Positions 1 through 11,224 of a stretch of 64,000 nt of DNA are shown here, in pieces. The notes beneath the pieces are model-generated. The model was given only the letters and a program-made list of their open reading frames with translations, did not search any database and was not told the origin of the DNA. The translations under genes were made by a program, and so were the position numbers. The stretch spans positions 93,436,001-93,500,000 of the forward strand of contig NC_086107.1 in NCBI RefSeq assembly GCF_963921235.1. Direction: 5' to 3'. Source of the DNA: Mobula hypostoma. Lineage: Eukaryota. How positions within the stretch are numbered: position 1 is the stretch's first letter; every line of letters begins with the position of its first letter.

Positions 1-104
1 TTCGACAAATTTTTCTAGCCCACCTTTGCACTTCCTCATCCAAGTCATTTATAAAAATCACCAAGAGCAGGAGCTCTGGAACAGGTACCTGTGGAACACC
101 AGCC
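1..104 (-). mobile_element. CR1 LINE reverse-transcriptase fragment (degenerate)
   Basis: Reverse strand translates GVPQVPVPELLLLVIFINDLDEEV, a decayed form of GVPQGSVLGPLLFVIFINDLD seen in the CR1 ORFs at 45152-46879 and 56197-57879. Confidence 0.8.
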
Positions 105-127
105 TCCGGGCAGAATATGCTCCATCT

Positions 128-455
128 ATTAGAGATAGAGACAATAAGATGCAGACCTTTTCCTAGGGAGGGATAGCTGAAAAATCAAGAGGGCAGAAGT
201 TTAAGATTAGAGGAGAGAGATTTAAAAGAGGATATCCAGGACAGATCCTTCACACAAAGGGTGGTGTGTACTCTGACTGTGCTGCCAAAAATAATGGTTG
301 AATCAGGCACATTAACCACATAGATAAGTAAATGGGTGGGAGAGGTTTAGAAGGCTATGGGCCAAACGCAGGCAGATGGTTCTAGCTTGCTGGGCAACAC
401 AGTTGGCATGGACAAGTTGGGCCAGAGCACCTATTTCTATGCTGTATGACTCAAT
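128..455 (+). mobile_element. CR1 LINE 3' end (ORF2 C-terminus plus 3' UTR)
   Basis: Decayed SRG..FKIRG and FTQRVV codons, then a CR1-type 3' UTR ending tctatgctgtatgactc. Confidence 0.8.
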
Positions 456-603
456 AACACAGGTATCACAGCTAGAAAGGGTGGGGAAGAAGTCTTTTGG
501 CAGAATAGCGTTCATCAGGGCACTGAGTACAAAAGTTGGGATGTTATGATGCAGTTGTAAAAGATGCTGGTGAGGACGTATTTGGAATATTTTGTACCTC
601 AGC

Positions 604-632
604 TATATATATATATGTATGTGTGTGTGTGT
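604..632. repeat. (TA)n/(TG)n microsatellite
   Basis: tatatatatatatgtatgtgtgtgtgtgt read directly. Confidence 0.9.
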
Positions 633-682
633 TTTGTCCACTCTGCGAAAGGGCAGATGCCATTAAACTGGAAACAGTGTGA

Positions 683-1130
683 AAAAAAAATCACATAATA
701 CATGAGTGATGATAATCCTGATTCTGATATGGGTCTCTTTTGTGGACTGAGAGTGGGAAGGGGGCAGGGAGAAGGGAATCATGGTTGGGAAAAGGGAAGG
801 GGAGAGGGGAGGGAGTGGGGAAGCAACAGAGAGGCATTCTGTAATGATCAATAAACCAACTGGTTGGAATCAAATGACATTGCCTGATGTCTCAGGGCTG
901 GGTGTGACTGTACCCACACCACCCCCCCCTCCCCCTGGCCGGGCACTCCTTCTCTGCCGTATGCTTCATACCCCTCCTGTGGTTCTCCATCCTCGCCACT
1001 CGCAACACCCCTTGCTCCCGCCAGACTTCCAAACTCACTCTCCACTCCACATTGTCAAGTACTGTACTGCGCCGCAGTCGTAGACAGCCTAGATATGTGT
1101 ATGTGCCTAAGACTTTTGCACAATATCGTA
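683..1130. mobile_element. Putative Tc1-type non-autonomous element remnant
   Basis: Right end gcctaagacttttgcacaatatcgta resembles a Tc1 CAGTACTGTGCAAAAGT-type terminus plus TA. A degraded inverted copy lies just upstream at about 1060-1085. Confidence 0.45.
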
Positions 1131-1465
1131 TGTAAAATCATGAGGGGCATGGACAGGTTAGATGCACGCTGTCTTTTCTCCAGGGTTGGGGAATCAAGAA
1201 CTAGCGGGCATAGGTTCTACATGCCAGGAGTGAGACGTCATAGGAAACTAAGAGGCAACTTCTTCACCCAAAGGGTGGCCATAAGTGGAATGAGCTCTGA
1301 GAGGAAGTGAGTGAGGCAGGTACACTAACAGCATTTAAAAGCTATTTGGGCAGGTACACAGATAGGAAATGTTTAGAGTGCTATGGGCCGAACATGGGTG
1401 ACTGGGACTAGATCAGATGGACATCGCCATCGGCATAGACTGTTTCTATGCTGTACAAGTCTGCG
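1131..1465 (+). mobile_element. CR1 LINE 3' end
   Basis: ORF 1095-1310 contains KIMRGMDRLD..LFSRVGESRTSGH..RGNFFTQRV. Confidence 0.85.
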
Positions 1466-2014
1466 TTCTTAATACTGACAGTGCTGGAGACATCCTGTGA
1501 ATAACTAACTAGAAAAATCAGGTGTTAACCACATCGGTGAGTCTAGAGTCACGAGTAGATAAAACTGAGTAAAGACAGCGAACATCCTGTCCTGAGGAGG
1601 TTAGTGAACAAGATGGATTTTTACAACAATCTGATAGTCTCATCGTGGCTAGGAATAGATTTATAATTCTGGATTATTAAATAACTTGTATCTAATATTT
1701 GCCTATTGCCCAAGTGGGACTTAATCTTCTGTGCTTGGATCATTAATCTTGCCGGATGCTTAAATGTAAATGTCTCGACCACTTCCACTGACAGCCTGTT
1801 CCATATTCTGACCACCCTCTGTGTGAAAAGTTTGCCCCTTGCATTCCTATAAATTCTCTTCTCTATCAGCTTAAACCTATGCCCTCTGGTTCTCAAATCC
1901 TAGGAAAAAAAAGATGATGTGCCTTTACCCTATCTGTGCCCCTCATGATCTTACATACCTCTGTAAAATCACCCCTCATACTCTTGTGGTCTAACGAATA
2001 AAGTCTTAGCCTGG

Positions 2015-2400
2015 CATAATAGAGTAGCAGTTAGCAAAATGCTTTACAGCGGCTGCTATAAGATCAAGGTTCAATTCCCACCCCTCTCTGTAAGGAGTAT
2101 GTACTTCCTTGCCATGAATGTGTGGATTTCTTCCGCATGCTCCTGTTTTCTCCCACATTCCAAAGACTTAGGGTTAGTAAGATCTGGGCATGCTATGTTG
2201 GCACAGGAGCATGGCAATAGTAAGACCTGGGCATGCTATGTTGGCACAGGAGCATGGCAATAGTTGCGGGCTGCCCCCATCACATATCGGATTGTGTTGG
2301 TCGTAGACACAAAAAACAACGCATTTCACTGTATGTTTCAATGTTTTGATGTACGTGTGACAAATCCAGCTAGTCTTTAAAGATCTTTATCTTTAAAGAT
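2015..2400 (+). mobile_element. tRNA-derived V-domain SINE with an internal 43-bp tandem duplication
   Basis: B-box-like ggttcaattcc, central V-like domain (tgtaaggagt...ttttctcccacattccaaagac), and 2178-2220 repeated at 2221-2263 with 1 mismatch. Confidence 0.7.
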
Positions 2401-2787
2401 AATCACCCTGTGGCCATACCCACTTGTAACTGCGCAGTATGTTCCAGGTAAAAGGTAATGAATCCCACCCATCTGATATTGAGATATACACTCAGTGGCT
2501 ATTTTATTAAGTACACCTGTACACCTGCTCATTAATGCAAATATTTAATTAGCCTATCACGTGGCAGCAAATTAATACAGAAAAGAACGTAGACATACTC
2601 CAGAGGTCCAGTTATTGCTCAGACCAAACATCAGAATGGGGAAGAAATGTGATCTAGTTGACTTTGACCATGGAATGATTGTTGGTGCCAGACAGGATAG
2701 TTTGAGTATCTCGGAAACTGCTGATCTCCTGGGATTCTCACAGAGAACTGTCCATGCTGGGTCTCAACACCTCCCCCTTCAATTGTG

Positions 2788-3135
2788 TCTATGAAGGTTC
2801 TCAGTCATCCAGGTCATTGTATATCAAGCAGTAGTAAATCAAGGCAACTGGACTTGCTGTTTTGTCTAGAAAACGTTTTGCCACTCATCCAAGAGGCTTC
2901 TTCAGTTCTGATCCATGGTGGGTAGTGTTCTAGCTTATAAACTCTGTGAGTTGTTTAAAGATATAGCAATCACATGAGGGTCATAAAGAGTCATAGAGGT
3001 AATGAGAGGGTCATTAGTCTTATCTTTGGATGAATGGAGATGTGAGCTGTTGTGGAGACGCTGGGGTAAAGATGTTATGACTACCTTGTGAGTAGCTGAT
3101 AGATGATGTCGTGCCCCACTCTCTATTCATGCAGA
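2788..3135 (-). mobile_element. Penelope-like element 3'/pLTR fragment (second family)
   Basis: Minus strand reads agaaCTGAAGAagcctcttggatgagtggcAAAAcgttttct, a degenerate hammerhead core typical of PLE pLTRs. Confidence 0.6.
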
Positions 3136-3139
3136 CATT

Positions 3140-3576
3140 TATCAGGAGCGCTGCATACGCAGGGCCCTTAGTATTATCAAGGATCCCACCCATCTATCCA
3201 GCATCCTCTTTGACTTTCTACCCACAGGCAGGAGACTCCAGTGCATAAAGGCAAGAACGGTCAGGATGGGAAACAGCTTCTTCCCTCAGGCCGTTAGGCT
3301 TCTGAACTCCCTGCTGCATGATATCCAAAGTGTCACTGGTTAATCTGCTCTGTACCTTACAATATTTAATATTAATGCACTTTAGTTTGTTTTTTATGTG
3401 TGATTCATCTGTAGATTTTATCCGTGCCTTCATAAGTTATCGTGTGTTATGTGTACTACTGTGTTTAACACCCTGGTTCAGAGAAACATCTCATTTCTAT
3501 AGACGTTATATGGTTATAAACGTTATATAGTACAGTAAAATGACAATAAACTTGACTTGACTTGACCTGACCTGAA
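3140..3576 (+). mobile_element. Rex1/Babar LINE 3' end
   Basis: Encodes ERCIRRALSIIKDPTHLSS..LPTGRRLQCIKARTVRMGNSFFPQAVRLLN, followed by aataaa and a (cttga)n tail. Confidence 0.75.
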
Positions 3577-4252
3577 CATTCTCTAGAGTTTACAGAGAAT
3601 GGTGCAAAAAACAAAACAAAAAATCATCCAGTAAGCAGGAGTTCTGTGAGTGAAACGCCTTGTTAATGAGAGAGGTCAGAGGAGAATGGCCAGACTGGTT
3701 CAAGCTGAGAGGAAGGCGACAGTAACACAAATAACCACACGTTACAACAGTGGTGTGGAGAACATCTCTGAACACACAACATGTGGAACCTTGAAGTAGG
3801 TGGGCTACAGCAGGAGACCACCAACAGACTCTCAGTGGCCAGTTGAACAGGCACAAGAGGTAGAGGATAAACTGGCCACTGAACACATGAAGAAACTCAA
3901 TAGCTAAAGCGAATCAAACTATGCCTAAACACTTACTGAAAGCATAGAAATATTTCAGGAGGAGTATACTTTCGCCAGACCCACACAAGCAACACAGTAA
4001 CAGATGGTATCCACAGCACCCATACACCTACAGTACACTGGGTGAAAGGCAATGATTCCCCCTCGTTGATACCTCAGGGCTTTTGTGTCTTGGTGTCAGT
4101 TAGTGTTAGTTTTGGCACATTTAAAGCACGCAATGAGATATAGAGGAATGGCTTACTCCCATCTGGTGTGGCTCACATCTGTTTCCCTTTGCCATCTCCT
4201 GAGCATGCACTGGTGAAGCTGGTATGGTTCAATCCCAGTTAACATAGAACAT

Positions 4253-4654
4253 TAGTGGGTGGCGTGGTGGAGATACGTCTCTCCCTAAGGAGATGTGTAA
4301 GGCGCTCCTTCCCTCTGCTAGCCTCCAGGCACCTTTGGGTGAGTTGTAGCCCCAGCTGAGCACGCACCCTCCACCAAATCTGGGTCATGTGAAGCCATGG
4401 GAGCAAGTGGTGGATGGTCGGATGAGCAGCCAGTGTGTATCACAAGTCCTGGTTCTGAAACCACTGACACCAGATAGACAATCTCTCAAGAGTATCCATA
4501 ATGGCTAGGGTCATCCTTCTTGTAAAGACGCAGCCCAGAAGAAGATAATGGCAAACCACTTCTGTGCAAAGATTTGCCAGGAACAATCATGGTCATGGAT
4601 AAGACCATGATCGCCCATGTCAATACGACACGACACATAATGATGACGATGATG
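4253..4654 (+). mobile_element. RTE-related non-autonomous retroelement/SINE
   Basis: Homologous copies at about 21058-21937 and 49155-49275. 3' part aatggcaaaccacttctg with a (GAT)n tail, flanked by agaaca repeats. Confidence 0.65.
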
Positions 4655-5440
4655 AGAACAGTCAAACACAGTACAGACCCTTCAGCCCACAATGTTATGC
4701 CAACCTTTTACCCTACTCAATCTAATCCTTCCTTCCTACACAGCCCTCCATCTTTATATCATCCACGTTCCTATCTAGGAATTTCTTAAATGCCTTTAAT
4801 GTGTCTGCTTCTATCAAAGCCCCTAACAGGGTATCCTACATACCCACCACTCTCTGTGTAAAGCAGCAACATCTAACGTTTCCATTTCCACCCCCCCTCC
4901 TGATACTTCTATCTGATCACCTCTGGGGTAAGTTTTTTACTCAGAGAGTGGTGAGTGCGTGGAATGGGCTGCCAGCGACGGTGGTGGAGGCGGAAACAAT
5001 AGAGTCTTTTAAGAGACTCCTGGATAGGTACATGAAGCTTAGAAAAATAGAGGGCTATGGGTAACCCTAGGTAATTTCTAAGGTAAGGACATGTTTGGCA
5101 CAATTTTGTGGGCCGAAGGGCCTGTATTGTGCTGTAGGTTTTCTAAGTTTCTATGTTAATATTATGTCCTCTTGTATTAGCCATTTCTGCTCTGGAAAAA
5201 AAAATCTCTGGCTATCCACTCGACCTGTGCTTTTTATCATCCTGTAGACCTGTATCAAGTCACCTCTCATCCTCCTTCAGTCTAAAGAGGAAAACCCTAG
5301 TTTGCTGAACCTATTGTCATAAGACATGTTCTGTAATCTAGGCAGCATTCTGGTAAATCTCCTCTGCACCCTCCCTAACATGTCCACATCGTTCCTATAA
5401 TGAGGTGATCAGAACTGAACACAATACTCCAAGTGTGGTC
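4655..5440. mobile_element. Minus-strand CR1 3' fragment with a younger plus-strand CR1 3' end (about 4925-5157) inserted
   Basis: Plus ORF has GKFFTQRVVSAWNGLPATVVEAETIESFKRLLDRYM and a ttctaagtttctatg tail. The flanks are reverse-strand CR1. Confidence 0.75.
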
Positions 5441-5494
5441 ACAGAGCAGAGAGCATAGATAATATCTTTTTCCTCAGGGTAGAAATGTCAAATA

Positions 5495-6309
5495 CAGTGA
5501 ATTCCAGTTAATCAGGCCAGCCACTTATTCAGGACAATTCTTAAAGAACAAAAACCAATCGAGAAAATAGCTGGGATTCTCTTCATTTATTTGGGACACT
5601 ATGCCATTTAATTGGGACAAGAGACTGTTGTCAAATAGTTTCTAACTAGCATCAGTTATTTGTATTTGTGTGGTCGTTAGACAACACATCGAACAGTTTT
5701 TAGGTAGTGTCAGTTGTGTGTGTTCATTTTCAAAAAGTAGTAATTTTTGTCACTGGTAGTTAGAGAGAGACAAGCAGTAATGTTATTCAGAACTGTTTTG
5801 CTCACTGCGGTTTCAAGCATTCAGGCTTCAAGATGTTATATACAGCCGGGAATGAAAACAAAATAATTTCATTATTTCAACAAGTTAGAAACTATGAAGA
5901 ATTTGAAGGGCTCAGCAATCACCTTGAATGTTGCAATGAAAATGAAGATTTGGGGGATGCAATCGTCGAAAGTATTGTATGAAGACAGTCCACAATCTGC
6001 ACAAGGTGTCTGTGCTGATTTTGTTCATTTACAGTCAATCAAAAGAACACAGCAGCATACGCTAGATGAATTCCTCCAGCAGTAACTATTAGAAACTGGT
6101 ACACAGTTTTATAGTACTGTAGTAATACCAGTGGTGTTCTAATTTGTTCTGTATATCATTTAAATACATAACCTGTTACTCAGTTAAATGGTAGTTTTTT
6201 TTTTATACCTTTTTAACTACTTCCATGAAACTTCAGCTAACTGGGGCAGCCACTTAATTGGGCCAAAACGTACTGGTCCCGATTTGTCCTAATTAACCAG
6301 AATCCACTG
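5495..6309. mobile_element. pogo/Tigger-like MITE inserted in a CR1 fragment
   Basis: TIRs cagtgaattccagttaat / attaaccagaatccactg, with TA on the left and CA on the right. Host CR1 gaaatgtcaaata|ctagtggacatg rejoins. Internal IKRTQQHTLDEFL resembles a Tigger transposase C-terminus. Confidence 0.75.
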
Positions 6310-7009
6310 CACTAGTGGACATGCGTTTCAGTAGAAGGTTGGAAAGTTTAAAGGAGGTACGTAGGCAAGTATTTATTTTACATAGAGAGTGATGGGTGCC
6401 TGCAACAGGCTGCTAGGGGTAGTGGTGAAAGCAGATACGATAGAGGTGTTTGAGAGGCTGTAGATAGTCACATGAACATGCAGAGAACGGAGGGATGCAG
6501 ACCATTAGCTGACAGAAGAGATTTAAATTCATTATGGTGTGAGGCGCAGACATTGTGGGCCGTAGGGCCTGTACCTATGCTGTACTGTTTTCTGTCTTCT
6601 GTTTTATTCTATGTTTAACTCTCCCTGAGGAGAAATTTGGAGACTTTAGAGGAAGAAGCAAGTAGTTGGGAATCCATCAGGGTGGCCCAGGGGCCTTGTC
6701 CTCTTCCTGAGGCCTAGTTGTAGCTCACAGCCTAACTCACCTTCCAAGGCAGGAAATAGGAGGTGAGTAGCCACAAAATTCACTGTGACACCTGAGGTCC
6801 CATAGGGAGAACATCCGATGAAGTATGATCTGGGACATTGCCCTTCATTCTTTGATCTAACAATTTGTGAAAGTAGGACATGACCCTTGGCAGGATGTTG
6901 TGGGTAAGAGTAACAGATTTCCCCTTCCCAGTTTTGCTGTCAGTTCAGTCACAGAGTATATTCAGGGCATTGGCATTTAAAACAGAACAGTATCACACTG
7001 CCCAGGCTC

Positions 7010-7170
7010 AAAACAAGAGAAGATCTGCAGATGCTGGAAATCCAAATCAATGCACACCAAAGGCAGGAGGAACTCAGCAGGCCAGGCAACATCTATGGAA
7101 ATGAATAAACAGTCAACATTTTGGGCTGGGACCCTTCTTCAGGACTGGAGAGGAAGAGGGAAGACACCCT
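7010..7170 (-). mobile_element. Penelope pLTR solo fragment with decayed hammerhead motif
   Basis: Minus strand cagtcCTGAAGAagggtcccagcccAAAAtgttgactg; homologous to 10861-10990. Confidence 0.75.
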
Positions 7171-7506
7171 TAAGTCTACAATGTTACACTGACCTTATAA
7201 CCTACTCCAAGATCAATCTAGCCCTTCCCTCCCACATAGCCCTCCATTTTTCTTTTATCCATTTGCCTCTCTAAAGTCTCTTAAATGTCTCTAATGTATC
7301 TGCCTCTACCACCACCCCTGGCTGTGTTTCACATGCCTGCCTCTCTCTCTGTAAAAACCCTACCTCTGACATGCCCTCTATACTTTCCACCAATCACCTT
7401 AAAATTATGGCCCCTCATATTATCCATTTTCACCCTGAAAAGAAATCTCTGGCTGTCCAATCGATTTATGCCTCTATTTGTACACCTCTATCAAGTCACC
7501 TCGAAT

Positions 7507-7577
7507 CAGAGGTTCCCAACCTATGACATGCCATAGACCCATTCCATTAACCAAGGACCCTAGACTGGGAACTCCTG
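7507..7577. mobile_element. About 70-bp hAT-Charlie MITE
   Basis: cagaggttcccaacc ... gactgggaactcctg termini; same family as 29429-29508 and 47316-47395. Confidence 0.65.
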
Positions 7578-7799
7578 CCTTAGATGCAATCGGTCGAGAT
7601 AAAGAGCCTCAATCCAAAACATCAACTGTCCATGTCCCACCACAGATGCTGCCTGACCACAGAGTTCAGCCAGCATCTTGTCTGTTGAGGAAGGCCATTT
7701 AGATGTTCGGTAATGAAGCAGGTCAGAGAATTTGAGGATCTGTGGGTAAGGCGTCAGATGAGAAATAGGGAAAGGGGAAGTGTAAATGTTAATGAGATT

Positions 7800-8105
7800 G
7801 AAAATGAAAGATTAATTTTATTAGCCACATGTACATCGAAGCACCAGAACCAGTGGAATGCGTTGTTTGCGTCAACGACCAACACAGTGGGTAAGGGGTA
7901 GCCTGCAATTGTCACTATACTTCCAGTGCCAATGTAGCATACCCACAACTCATTGACCCTAACCTCCTAACCTGTACACCTTTGGAATATGAGAAGGAAC
8001 CGGACCAGCCAGAGAAAACCCACATGGTCTTGGGGAGAAAGGACAAACTGCTTACAGATAGAAGCATGAGTTGAATCTGGGTTTCTGGCGCTGTAAAGCG
8101 TTAAG
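7800..8105 (-). mobile_element. V-domain SINE
   Basis: Reverse-complement homology to the SINE at 2015-2400. Confidence 0.65.
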
Positions 8106-8897
8106 GGATATCTATATAAGTGGAAGTTTTTGCATTTAGTTTTCCCCTTTTCCCTCTGTTGTGCTGATCCAGGGCAGAAAGGACTCCAGTGAGAACCGTG
8201 GCCTTATGTGATTCAGGGACAGGCCACACCAGCTCATGGTGGTCTGGAGGTCACCAGCTCGAGGCCCAGGGCTGCCAATCCCTCCCTCAAAGGCCGACAG
8301 CAGCCAGTGACTCGGGAAGCAGAATGTCTCACTTCCCGGTGCCACTGAAATAAATGGTGGCTCACGTTTACCTGTATTAATGGCCGTGTCCGTCCTCCCC
8401 ACAACTGTGACTGCTTGGCAATGCATCACGATGGGCTAAAAATATTCAGCCAGGATGGTCACTTTGGGAGATGTCAGTGTGGAGAGGAATTAATCTTCAG
8501 GAGCAGAGCTCTAAGCTTGACAAGTGCTACTTAGATGCACTCGACAGTTGCGAGTCCTTTATGATGGATATTGTGTAGAGCAACTCAAAGGCTGGCCTCA
8601 GGTGAAGATAAGAAAACTCCCAGTGCCAGTAACTGTTGGAACCACAGTGGGAAGAATGCAGAGGCAGGGTGGTTTGAGGTTTCCTTGAGGAATATTTCTT
8701 CTCTGTACCTCTAACTCACCGTGCTTGTGTTTCTGCCAATAAACTCAATTTGGGAACCCACTAACTCAGCCAGCTATGCCCACGCTCTTGTCTCTGAGAC
8801 GGCACGTGAAAATCCCACTTGGCACACCGAGTGCTGTTCTGAGAGGAGGCGTGGGAGCACTGCAGGTAGGGTAATGCTTTATGGCACCGGCTATAAG

Positions 8898-9556
8898 TTC
8901 AGTTCAGTTCAGTTCATTTCAGTTTTCATTGATTGTCATTTAGAAATGCATGCATTAAAAAATGATACAACATTCCTCCAGAATGATATCACAAGAAAAC
9001 ACAGGACAAACCAAGACTAAAACTGACAAAACCACATAATTATAACATGTAGTTACCACAGTGCAAAGCAATACCATCATTTGATAAAGAGCAGACCATG
9101 GGCACGGTAAAAAAAAAGTCTCAAGTCCCGATAGACTCATCATCTCACGCAGGCGGCAGAAGGGAGGAACTCTCCCCGCCATGAACCTCCAAGCGCCGCA
9201 AACTTGCGATGCAGCACCATTGGAAGCACCCGACCGCAGTGGACTCTGAGTCCGTCCGAAAACTTCGAGCCTCTGACCAGCCTCTCTGAGCACCATCCTC
9301 TGCTGAACGCTTTGATCTCGCCCCGGCTGCCGAGCAACAAGCAAAGCCGACAACTCAGGGCCTTCCCCTCCGGAGATTCTGGATCACACAGTAGCAGCAG
9401 CAGTGAAGCAGGCATTTCAGAAGTTTCACCAGATGTTCCTCCGTGCTCTCACGTCCGTCTCCATCAAATCAGGATTGTGCACGGCCCCCTACTTGACAAA
9501 TAACAGACATCACCACTGGAGTGGCCGCTGCGAGCTGCGTCGCGCCGCCATCTTCC
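8898..9556 (-). mobile_element. Non-autonomous LINE derivative (GAAGATGGCG head, (CTGAA)n tail) inserted in a V-SINE
   Basis: Minus strand starts gaagatggcggcgcgacgcagc and ends in (ctgaa)n. It is CpG-rich, and host SINE halves lie at about 8850-8897 and 9560-9735. Confidence 0.6.
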
Positions 9557-10427
9557 CACAGGAATGATAGGGGTTTAACTTCTGTCACTGTCTGTAAGGA
9601 GTCTGTGCGTTCACTCTGTGACTGTGCGGGTTTCCTCAGGGTGCTCCAGTTTCCTCCCACACTCCTGAAGATGTACAGGTTAGGGTTAGTAAGTTGTGGG
9701 CATGCACTGTTGGCACCGGAAGTGTGGCGACATTTGAATCAGATTTATTATCAATGAAATATATCATGAAATTTGTTCTTTCAATGGATAAAATATACTA
9801 TAAATTATAATAAATATATTTATTTATTGATGACATATATTATATACTTTATTAAATAAAAAGAGGTAAAAAGAGCAAAGATAGTGAGGTAGTGTTTATG
9901 GGTTCATTGTTCATTCAGAAATCTGACACTGGAGGGGCAGAAACTGTTCCTAAAACGTTGAGTGTGCGTCTTCAGGATCCTGTAAGAGATGGTTATTGAC
10001 CTCAGGAGAACTGGCACCACTCGAACCCCCTTTAGATCGGTGGCACAGCAATGGAAACTGCCAGCAGTTCAAACTGACACCATTTTACAGGCCTCTCCAC
10101 CTCCTCTCTGTATGCACTGTTGTATCATCAGAGAATTTGATGACATGGTTTGAGCTGAACCTGACAGTGCAGTCGTAAGCCAGCAGCGTGAACCTCAGCC
10201 GTTTAAGCACACTTGTGTGTTCGGCCTGTGGCTGTTCACGCTGCTGGCTCACGACTGCACTGTCAGGTTCAGCTCGAACCACATCAAGTTCACTGATGAT
10301 ACAAGAGTGGCTCGCCTTGTCAGCAGCAATGAGTCAGCACACAGAGAGGAGGTAGAGAGGCTTGTCAAATAGCGCCTGAGTAACGACCTGAGTCTCAACG
10401 TGAACAAGATAAAAAATATGATTGTGG

Positions 10428-10610
10428 AACACACACAAAATGCTGGAGAAAATCAGCAGGCCAGGCAGCATCTATGGAAAAGAGTACAGTTTCGGCCTGA
10501 AACGTCGACTGTACTCTTTTCCATAGCTGCTGCCTGTCCTGCTGAGTTGCTCCAGCATTTTGTTTATGCTGCTTGGATTTCCAGCATCTGCAGACTTTCT
10601 CTCGTTTGTG
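10428..10610. mobile_element. Fold-back mini Penelope (two inverted pLTR ends) with a 12-bp TSD
   Basis: atatgattgtgg at 10416-10427 and 10611-10622; internal arms are reverse complements. Confidence 0.85.
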
Positions 10611-10951
10611 ATATGATTGTGGGCTTCAGGAAGGCGCAGGCCGACTGCTCTCCATTACACATCGATGGCTCTACTATACAGAGAGTGAAGAGAACAAAGT
10701 TTCTTGGTCTGCACATAACAGACTATCTAATCAGGAACCACAACATCTCCTCAGTAGTCAAGAAGGTGACTACACTTTCTGAGAAGATTTAGGTACACAA
10801 GGCTCTCTGCCCCCATTCTAACAGCTTTCTACAGGAGAACCATCAAGAGTGCCCTATAAGTACAAAATAATCTGCAGATGCTGGGATCAAAGCAACACTC
10901 ACAACACGCTGGAGGATCTCAGCAGGTCGGGCAGCATCCGTGGAAAAGATT

Positions 10952-10989
10952 GGTTGACGTTTCGGGCCAGGAACCCTTCGTCAGGACTG
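10952..10989 (-). ncRNA. Minimal type-I hammerhead ribozyme motif in pLTR
   Basis: Minus strand cagtc-CTGACGA-a-GGGTT cct GGCCC-GAAA-CG-TC-aacc. Core is intact; helix I is partly mismatched. Confidence 0.75.
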
Positions 10990-11224
10990 TAGGGGGAAGG
11001 GGCAAAGGCCCGATAAAGAAAGTGGGGGGAGGGTGGGAAGGAGAAGGCTGGTAGGTTCCAGGTGAAAAACCAGTAAGGGGAAAGATAAAGGGGTGGGGAA
11101 GGGGAAGCAGGGAGGTGATAGGCAGGAAAGGTGAAGAAAGAATAGGGGAAAACACAATGGGTAGTAGAAGGAGGCGGAACCATGAGGGAGGTAGCTATGC
11201 CTGCCTCTTCGTTGGTTATGTGGC

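Larger units (their letters stand above)
2489..3885 (+). mobile_element. Non-autonomous Tc1-like DNA transposon, interrupted at about 2752-3578 by Penelope and Rex1 fragments
   Basis: TA + cactcagtgg TIR. Encodes MGKKCDLVDFDHGMIVGAR..SISETADLLGFS, the Tc1 N-terminal HTH region. Resumes at ctctagagtttacagagaatgg. Confidence 0.85.
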
